From contig CAYSHM010000005.1 of NCBI GenBank assembly GCA_964430885.1, positions 64,001 to 128,000 on the forward strand: a stretch of DNA of 64,000 bases, read 5' to 3'. This DNA comes from an uncultured archaeon. GTDB taxonomy: Archaea; Thermoplasmatota; Penumbrarchaeia; JASLWR01. Made by a program: the position numbers and the translations under genes. A model generated the notes under the pieces. That model had not been told where the DNA came from, ran no database searches, and was given only the letters and a program-made list of their open reading frames with translations. Every line of letters starts with the position of its first letter. Position 1 is the stretch's first letter. Shown piece by piece: positions 57,151 to 64,000 of this stretch.

Positions 57151-58911
57151 ATGAAAGAGGGAAAAAATACTGGCGAAGACAAGCATTGGCCAACGGCCTA
57201 CAGGGAGATAAAAAGACAATACAAGAAAGGAAAGCCCCTTTCAGGACTCCTGAAGGATGCTGAGGCTATAGCGGACCCATACTATTCCGCTCTTGGAACA
57301 TTCTATCTAATTATCAAGGGTAATATGGACCCTTCTTCTTACGCTCCGCTCTTGGAAGGAACAATAACCAAAGCTAGAAGTGTTAAAAAAAACTGGCGAA
57401 GAGCTGAACTCCTGGGCAAACTTTGCAGGATGAGCCAGGACCTGGAGGGGGAGGGAGATAGAAGAACAATGATACAGGTCCAGAAAGAGATTTTATCAGT
57501 CACGGATAATATTCAAAAAGGAAAGGATCTTTCAGATGTGTTAAAAAGCTGCGCTAGGGACGTTAAGGGAGAAGCATTTGGTCTCCTTATTGATCTAGCA
57601 CTATCCAATGGAGATTTTTCTAACAATGATGTGAAAACAATAATAAGGTACTGGGCAAGCGAAACTGGTGATAAAATTCCACCTGAGAAAATGATTGAAA
57701 AAATCCTCGATTCAGGCAGACCCTTTCTTGCCTCCAAATCTCTAGGATATATGCATCTCCAGTTCAGGAAGAATAATACTGCAGTAAACAGCAATCCGTT
57801 TTCAAGGGCTCGTGATGTATTGAAAAGCTGTTCTGAAGCTGAGAAGGTGGAAGCGATCCGATATTTGATCCAGATTTCCAATAATAAAAATGAATTGCGG
57901 GAATTGGAAAATAGTCTGAACATTATAGATGATGAAATTGAAAGGATCAGAATGAACATTTCCATTGCAGGTCAGTACGACCGAGCTGGTTTTACCAAGG
58001 AAGCTATCAGAAGATTTTATGAATGCCGGAGATTATGTGAAAAAATTAGAGAATCAGCTGAACGTAAAAAAATTGTCACCTGTATGATTAATACTGCCAA
58101 GGGCTTGGTGAAATGTGATGACCTTAAGGGGGCTGAAAAAACCTACTTGACCGCTGTAGATTTAGTAAAAGGGCATCCTATGGAACTGCTGCTGATAAAT
58201 AAAATAGGCAGTGAAATGGTCAAAGACAATATCACCGTTCCAAAAAGTATCAGTGAAGTTTGGAATAATTCAGGTAAAGAAATGGTAAAAAACAGCATTA
58301 ATAAGGACCCAATAAAAACCCGATCTACAGTCCACGATTCGAACTCCTCCATAATTGATCACGGCTCCAATATCCTGGGGTTGTTCAACACCTATAAAGG
58401 AAAACTCGGAGAGGTTCATTACCGATCATTAGGCCGAGCCGTTCCACTCTGCAAGGGATATGGACTTGAACTAGCGCTCATTGATTTTCCAGCAGAAAAC
58501 GTCGAGGAACTCATAAGCAAGGCAAATAACCATTCGAATATTCAGGGAATAAATTATTTGTCCGAGTTGTTTAAAACTGGTAAACTGCACATAGTAACAA
58601 GCCATGCTGAAATTAAGGGCAAAGGAAAAATGGATATTGGTAAAAAAAATTACATGGAATTGGGTACTCCAATAGCCACAACTCCTGATCCTGTAAAAAA
58701 TAAGAAAAAGTATCTACTAAACCTTTTGAAAAAATCTATTATAGATGAAGTTAAAGAACCATTCTTAGTTATTATCGGGCTAGGCAGAAGCGGCCTCCCT
58801 TCAAGAATACTCAATGAGGCAAAATATCATTGCGAAATCACTGGCCGGAATGTATCCTTGGAGACATGCACTGCTATGGGAATAATCGCCTATATAATGG
58901 GCCAGGCATAG
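57151..58911 (+). CDS. Helical-repeat N-terminus fused to a DUF531 (predicted SPOUT-like) C-terminal domain
   Basis: C-terminal LGLFNTY...EVHYRSLGRAVPLC..YGLELALIDFP, ATTPDP, IGLGRSGLP..I...AKYHCEITG..VSLETCTAMG. Confidence 0.72.
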   Translation: MKEGKNTGEDKHWPTAYREIKRQYKKGKPLSGLLKDAEAIADPYYSALGTFYLIIKGNMDPSSYAPLLEGTITKARSVKKNWRRAELLGKLCRMSQDLEGEGDRRTMIQVQKEILSVTDNIQKGKDLSDVLKSCARDVKGEAFGLLIDLALSNGDFSNNDVKTIIRYWASETGDKIPPEKMIEKILDSGRPFLASKSLGYMHLQFRKNNTAVNSNPFSRARDVLKSCSEAEKVEAIRYLIQISNNKNELRELENSLNIIDDEIERIRMNISIAGQYDRAGFTKEAIRRFYECRRLCEKIRESAERKKIVTCMINTAKGLVKCDDLKGAEKTYLTAVDLVKGHPMELLLINKIGSEMVKDNITVPKSISEVWNNSGKEMVKNSINKDPIKTRSTVHDSNSSIIDHGSNILGLFNTYKGKLGEVHYRSLGRAVPLCKGYGLELALIDFPAENVEELISKANNHSNIQGINYLSELFKTGKLHIVTSHAEIKGKGKMDIGKKNYMELGTPIATTPDPVKNKKKYLLNLLKKSIIDEVKEPFLVIIGLGRSGLPSRILNEAKYHCEITGRNVSLETCTAMGIIAYIMGQA

Positions 58912-59083
58912 CTGGAATCAGCCTTTGGAGGCTTCTAAATACCCATCCTGACCTATCATATCATTTTTAGGATAAAGTAGATATAACAATTTAAAAATGA
59001 CATGTATACTTAGCCTATTGGAGCCTTTAAGAAGGTTTTACTAGCAAAAAATAACTAACAGTTCATAATGAAATTGAAATCCG

Positions 59084-61135
59084 GTGATTGCATTGCTTTT
59101 AAATTCATTTGACGATGATACAAGGGAGAAAAGACTTCGGTTCACCTCGAACGGGGCCAGAACATTAGTCATGAATCTTCCCAAGGATGCCATTATTAAA
59201 GAGGCCACACTACAGCTTGAGGCACAGGAACTTCCAGATGCTTCCATAATAAGAATAGGTGTTGTTAAAAACTGCACTTTGGAAGATTTCAACATGCTGG
59301 AAGAACGTCTGGAGATTACTTCATGGGGTAAGAACACAGTTCAGCCTGGCTGGGGGACCACTGAAACCACATCGTTCCTTGCAGGAGAATCGGGAAGATA
59401 CCGGGTCATACCTATCGACCCTGCAGATATAATGGGTGCACACCCTTCATATTATCGAAGAGAATTTGATGTGATATTCATACCCAACGGACCTATGCAT
59501 GCCGACCTTACCAACATGCTGAATTCCAGAATACCTATTGTCACCACCAACCCCCAGGTAGCACTGAAAATAGGCCTTTGCGAGAAGGAATCACTCCATG
59601 GAGCCATAACAAATGTTCATATCAGAGATAGAATGCACTATATCTGCGAACAGTTCAGGTCCGATGATATAAGAATAGGCGGCAGGGAAGATGAGCAGGC
59701 CGAACATATCCTCATTGATGCCATTGAACCCCTTAATGAGAGTGTTAAAGGAATACTTGACACAGGAATATCATCCCAGTCAGTTCTTGTCACCAGCATG
59801 GATTATAAGTATGCGTACATCGGATTTTCCCGAATAGATCAATTACTGGAAGAAGATGACCTTTTCACAATCCTCAGGAGAACAACTGAATGGTGCGGGA
59901 TTGGAGGATATATCACCAATATAGGCATGGAAATCAAGGGAACTACCGGAGGGTTCAAGAAAGCTGGAAGGCTCAGTGACATCGTTGACACCCCTGATTT
60001 TTCCCAATCTCTAAACGAGATAATAAGTTCGAATGAACCCAATGAAGAGGGAATGTATCCTACGGTAATAACATTCTATTCAGACTCTCCCGGACTATTG
60101 ATCGTCGGTAATATAAGAATCGACTGTGTATTTCTTGCTACCATAACGAAGTTTGCCGATGAAAAGAGCGAGGTGGTACTAGAATTTGACTCCATCAACA
60201 AGGTAGGGTATGCCTATGTAGATATCCCCAAGAAAGCAGATATCAAGAGTGCCACTCTGCGGATCGAGGGAAACCTTTCTGACGAGAGGATAGGAATCAT
60301 ATCCGGAGATGAGGAGGATGTATACGGGGTTACGGTTTCCACTCAGTATACTGTCGCACAGCAGATCAAGACTGAGCGAGTCATGAGCGTATCTAGAATC
60401 GCACTTCATCTATCCAAACCTGATAAAAATGCGGAGCTGGAAGTGGAGATAAGGGAAGACTACATGGATACACCCTCCCTTGATATCGTCGATAAGGCCA
60501 GTGTGGACGGAGGAGATATCAAGAAGGAGTATTCCTGGGTGGAGATTGAGTTCGAGAATCTGGTATTGAAACCCGATTCATCCTACTGGATATTGGTAAA
60601 GGCGAAGAAAGGAAAAGTACATTGGCATGCGGACAGAAAATGCCCTATGGGTGGCTCCCTTTACTTCACCAAGGATGACGGAAAAACCTGGGCTGAACAT
60701 GAGATGGACGCACTGTTCAAGGTATTCTATAAAATGGAATCATATGATGATTCGCCTACTATGCGCCTGTTACCCTCAAGCAATCAGATATGGGCCTATT
60801 CCGGCAAGTTCCAGGAGGTCAGGACAATCCCGGATTTCTGCCAATCCATAATCGATCATATCACCACTCATTCAAAGGAATTCCAGGGGAAAGATGTGGC
60901 ACGTGTCCCATTGACATTCTCCGCTCAATCCATTGGAACACTGACACTGTTCGACCTGAAGATCAAGTGTGAACTCCCCACATTGGAGATGAAGGAGGAA
61001 GTGGAGACCGCAACAATTGCCAAGGAGCTCCAGGCGATACTTGAACTGCTAGCCAAGGTAAAAAAGCGGGTTACCAACCTCATGGACGGATTGCCTCCCG
61101 ATGTACTTGAGGGCCTGGAATTTGAAAAAGTATAG
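59084..61135 (+). CDS. Hypothetical protein with two related beta-rich modules, each carrying a different insert
   Basis: Repeated LPKDAIIKEATLQLE / IPKKADIKSATLRIE and PDFSQSL..FYSDSPGLL / PDFCQSI..FSAQSIGTL; no signal peptide. Confidence 0.7.
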   Translation: MIALLLNSFDDDTREKRLRFTSNGARTLVMNLPKDAIIKEATLQLEAQELPDASIIRIGVVKNCTLEDFNMLEERLEITSWGKNTVQPGWGTTETTSFLAGESGRYRVIPIDPADIMGAHPSYYRREFDVIFIPNGPMHADLTNMLNSRIPIVTTNPQVALKIGLCEKESLHGAITNVHIRDRMHYICEQFRSDDIRIGGREDEQAEHILIDAIEPLNESVKGILDTGISSQSVLVTSMDYKYAYIGFSRIDQLLEEDDLFTILRRTTEWCGIGGYITNIGMEIKGTTGGFKKAGRLSDIVDTPDFSQSLNEIISSNEPNEEGMYPTVITFYSDSPGLLIVGNIRIDCVFLATITKFADEKSEVVLEFDSINKVGYAYVDIPKKADIKSATLRIEGNLSDERIGIISGDEEDVYGVTVSTQYTVAQQIKTERVMSVSRIALHLSKPDKNAELEVEIREDYMDTPSLDIVDKASVDGGDIKKEYSWVEIEFENLVLKPDSSYWILVKAKKGKVHWHADRKCPMGGSLYFTKDDGKTWAEHEMDALFKVFYKMESYDDSPTMRLLPSSNQIWAYSGKFQEVRTIPDFCQSIIDHITTHSKEFQGKDVARVPLTFSAQSIGTLTLFDLKIKCELPTLEMKEEVETATIAKELQAILELLAKVKKRVTNLMDGLPPDVLEGLEFEKV

Positions 61136-61221
61136 GGGCATACCTGATATGTTCCCATGATCGTGATACCTATACACTGCCATAGCTATTCAAAAATTAT
61201 CCTACTTATCGGGGTTGGAGC

Positions 61222-62070
61222 ATGTACAGCATCACACCTATTCTGAAGAGCTACTTGGAAGAAGATATTCGCACCGGTGACATTACTGGAAATCTCATTC
61301 CGAAAAATATTACTGCTGAAGCAAGTATTTTTGCAAGAGAGGGAGGAATGATTGCGGGAATTAATGTTATTGAGCAGCTGTTCAGTCTTCTGGAATGCAG
61401 ATTGGTCACAAAGGTCCATGACGGGGATGCAGTTGATAAAGATCAATTGATCGGCAGAGTCAGCGGAAGCTGTACTGATATATTGAAGGGGGAAAGGGTC
61501 GCGCTGAATATATTAGGCAGGATGAGCGGTATCGCCACCTTAACTGGCAGATTTGTGAAAAAAGTAACGGAAATCAGCCCTCGTACCCGGATAGCTGCTA
61601 CAAGAAAGACGACGCCGGGATTCAGGATTTTTGAAAAAATGGCTGTAAACATCGGCGGAGGGGACACACATAGATTTGCACTGGACGATATGGTTCTGAT
61701 AAAGGAAAACCATATCCGACTGGCAGGAGGTATTGAAAGCATAATGTCCACTGTCAGGCAGAGGATTTCCTTTTCCAAGAAGATTGATATCGAAGTGGAG
61801 AGCATATCTGAATTCAAGACCGCCCTTGAATATGATCCCGACATAATACTGTTGGATAACATGAAGCCTGATGAATGCAAAGCATGCAGACAGATGCTTC
61901 AGAAGAAGCAGAGTTCAGGCGGAATCAAAACTCTTTTGGAGGTGTCGGGAAATATTGATTTGGATAATGTGGCGGATTACGCAGTCTTTGCAGATATTAT
62001 ATCCATTGGATCCCTTACTCATTCATACAGGATACTGGACCTATCCATGCTGATGGAGGACCTGAAATAG
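61222..62070 (+). CDS. nadC: Nicotinate-nucleotide pyrophosphorylase (quinolinate phosphoribosyltransferase)
   Basis: EEDI..GDIT, ERVALN, SGIATLT, ATRKTTPG, GGDTHR, LIKENH, EVES, LLDNM, VSGNI, ISIGSLTHS. Confidence 0.95.
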   Translation: MYSITPILKSYLEEDIRTGDITGNLIPKNITAEASIFAREGGMIAGINVIEQLFSLLECRLVTKVHDGDAVDKDQLIGRVSGSCTDILKGERVALNILGRMSGIATLTGRFVKKVTEISPRTRIAATRKTTPGFRIFEKMAVNIGGGDTHRFALDDMVLIKENHIRLAGGIESIMSTVRQRISFSKKIDIEVESISEFKTALEYDPDIILLDNMKPDECKACRQMLQKKQSSGGIKTLLEVSGNIDLDNVADYAVFADIISIGSLTHSYRILDLSMLMEDLK

Positions 62071-62093
62071 ATCTAATTGATAATGTGGTTTAG

Positions 62094-62627
62094 ATGACGT
62101 TTACATTTCAGCTTATGCAGTTTGCATTCGGATTATTATTAATCATGATACCCTTTGGATTGGTCATGTTCTTTCTTAGAAAAGCCAGATCAAAAATCAG
62201 GGTAGCATCAGCGTTATTGATATCTATTCTGTTCTTCATTTCGGGAATTGGATTATTTCACGGCTTATACCCTGAAATTGTCATGGGAGATAATATCAAG
62301 GATAACAATGGTAATCTGATTAGGGGATATTATTATAACCGAACTGCTTTCGAAAAGGAAAAGAAGTATGATGAAATCGATAAGGAAACCCGGTTGGCCT
62401 GGGACAATGTTTTTGAGACCAGTAATCCCCTGTACCATGAATTTTATAAGGATTATCGAGTACTACAAGAAGATAGATTTATCAGCTCAATTATAGGTTT
62501 AGGGACCGGATTCATCTTCACCGTGGGATATATTGCAATTCTGGGAATCAGCCATAGAAGAAAAGGATTTTCAGAGCAGAGGATAAGCTATCGAGGTGGC
62601 ATAGACCTTCTAGACGATGACATGTGA
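62094..62627 (+). CDS. Hypothetical membrane protein (3 TM)
   Basis: Three hydrophobic segments; co-oriented after nadC. Confidence 0.6.
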   Translation: MTFTFQLMQFAFGLLLIMIPFGLVMFFLRKARSKIRVASALLISILFFISGIGLFHGLYPEIVMGDNIKDNNGNLIRGYYYNRTAFEKEKKYDEIDKETRLAWDNVFETSNPLYHEFYKDYRVLQEDRFISSIIGLGTGFIFTVGYIAILGISHRRKGFSEQRISYRGGIDLLDDDM

Positions 62628-62655
62628 CAGGGAAGTTTTAATTGTAAATAATTGA

Positions 62656-64000
62656 TCAGAATATCAATTCCTTCTCCTTCATCATATGGGCAATGATCTT
62701 CTGGCTCCCCAGCTTCTCGGGCCAGATATAATAATCTATAAGGTTCTCAGTTTCCAGTCTTTTCAAAAGATCGAATGTGTGGACCTTGACAATCACGTAA
62801 CTCTCAGGATTCAATTCCTTGACAATCTTTACCGAAAGATACAGCTCATGTTCATCAGGGATGGTCACAATTACCGCTTTGGCATGTTTCACATCGGCAC
62901 ATTCCAGAACATCGGATTCAACACCGTTGCCCAGGTAGGCCTTTATTCCATGCCGGCAAAGATAATCCACCTTGGACATATCCCTATCGATTACAGCAAT
63001 ATCCCTGTTGAAATGGTCTAGTACATGGGTCAGTTTGGCTGATGTCCTTCCGTAACCTATAATAACAGTGTGGTCAAAGAGTATAGCCCTTTCTTTTCTT
63101 TCAAAGTGGAAAGACCTAACAAGTATAGGTGCACCAATAGCGGTGATAATTGTGAGCATGATTATGCTGTTAAAAAGGTCTTCCCCGATTATTCCGTTAT
63201 CAAAACCCAAAGTAGCGGTAGCAATAGCTGCGCTTACCTTGGGCAGCAGGAGGGCGCCGATGACCAATCCATCCTTGGAAACGAACTTGTTGGTAGTACC
63301 TGAAAATAAAATCGCTCCAACCAATCTCGCAAGTATCAGCACTACTAACAGCATTATGGTAATAAGAATAACCTCATAACCTCCCTTGTAGAAGACAGAT
63401 ATGTCCATCTTTATTCCCAGTATGATGAAGAACATGGGTATGAAGAACCCATGGGCCACACCCTGCAATTTATGATACACCTGCTCATTCGGAATATGCT
63501 GACCTACACTCATTCCCACAAGAAAGGCTATCAGTATGCCATGTATTCCCAAGAGTTCCCCGAGGGCTATAATGGTCAGTAAAGTGAATACCATGAATTT
63601 GAAATCCGCTTCCCTCTGTTTCTGGGTTTCTCTGGTAAAAAAAAGCGATGCTAGTTTTGGAAGCAGTATTAAAATGAACAAGATTATTAAGGGAGTTGCG
63701 ATAAGGAATATTACGAATCCGAACATACCTTTTTCCCACTGAATCAGACAGGAGACAAAGAATAGGGTTATAGCATCCAGTATTACTATAGCGGGTATTA
63801 GAAAACTGGCAAAACGTTCCCTTAGGTAAAGGGATGATTTTATCATGGGGATAATCTCCCCTACTGAAGCGGATAGCATCACCGTGCCAACAAGTAACGA
63901 AGGGAGCAGACCGTAACCCAAGGTAAACATAAGGAAAAATCCCAAGGAAAAGGAACATAGGGAGGAAATTACTGAAAGAGACATGGAGCGCCTAAAACTC
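62656..64000 (-). CDS. Cation:proton antiporter (CPA2) with C-terminal TrkA-N/RCK domain, Kef-type (5' partial)
   Basis: GILIAFLVGM, FFIPMFFIILG TM motifs; HTVIIGYGRT...IDRD...GNG RCK domain; frame remains open upstream of 63984 to the window edge. Confidence 0.87.
   Translation of the reverse strand, partial: SFRRSMSLSVISSLCSFSLGFFLMFTLGYGLLPSLLVGTVMLSASVGEIIPMIKSSLYLRERFASFLIPAIVILDAITLFFVSCLIQWEKGMFGFVIFLIATPLIILFILILLPKLASLFFTRETQKQREADFKFMVFTLLTIIALGELLGIHGILIAFLVGMSVGQHIPNEQVYHKLQGVAHGFFIPMFFIILGIKMDISVFYKGGYEVILITIMLLVVLILARLVGAILFSGTTNKFVSKDGLVIGALLLPKVSAAIATATLGFDNGIIGEDLFNSIIMLTIITAIGAPILVRSFHFERKERAILFDHTVIIGYGRTSAKLTHVLDHFNRDIAVIDRDMSKVDYLCRHGIKAYLGNGVESDVLECADVKHAKAVIVTIPDEHELYLSVKIVKELNPESYVIVKVHTFDLLKRLETENLIDYYIWPEKLGSQKIIAHMMKEKELIF

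Overview
Archaeal genomic window, most likely from an uncultured Thermoplasmatota-type lineage. This is inferred from GGTGA/GAGGT ribosome-binding motifs, a euryarchaeal-type archaellum operon, ArcS, a PGF-CTERM protein and large CARDB/Ig surface proteins. Contents from left to right: the archaellum operon arlB(x2)-arlC/D/E-arlF-arlG-arlH-arlI-arlJ, carrying an apparently exact 1223-bp tandem duplication of arlB; large surface proteins; arcS; prearchaellin peptidase; paaK-iorAB; a GT-C-like membrane protein; a surface LTD-PLD enzyme; a 2314-aa helical-repeat protein; a highly modified lactate-permease homologue; a 3047-aa type I PKS/FAS-like megasynthase; an AhpD/CMD gene; a glutamine synthetase; a queuosine-salvage (DUF2419/QNG1) homologue; a DUF531 fusion; nadC; and a Kef-type antiporter. 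The standout is the megasynthase, with architecture ACP-KS-AT-KS-ACP-ACP-ACP-KR-DH in an archaeal context. Both KS domains keep the Cys-His-His triad, all four ACPs carry Thr (LGIDT) instead of the canonical phosphopantetheinylated Ser, and no ER, TE or PPTase is recognisable in the window. I recognised no rRNA, tRNA, CRISPR array or mobile element. All family assignments come from reading motifs by eye, not from database searches.
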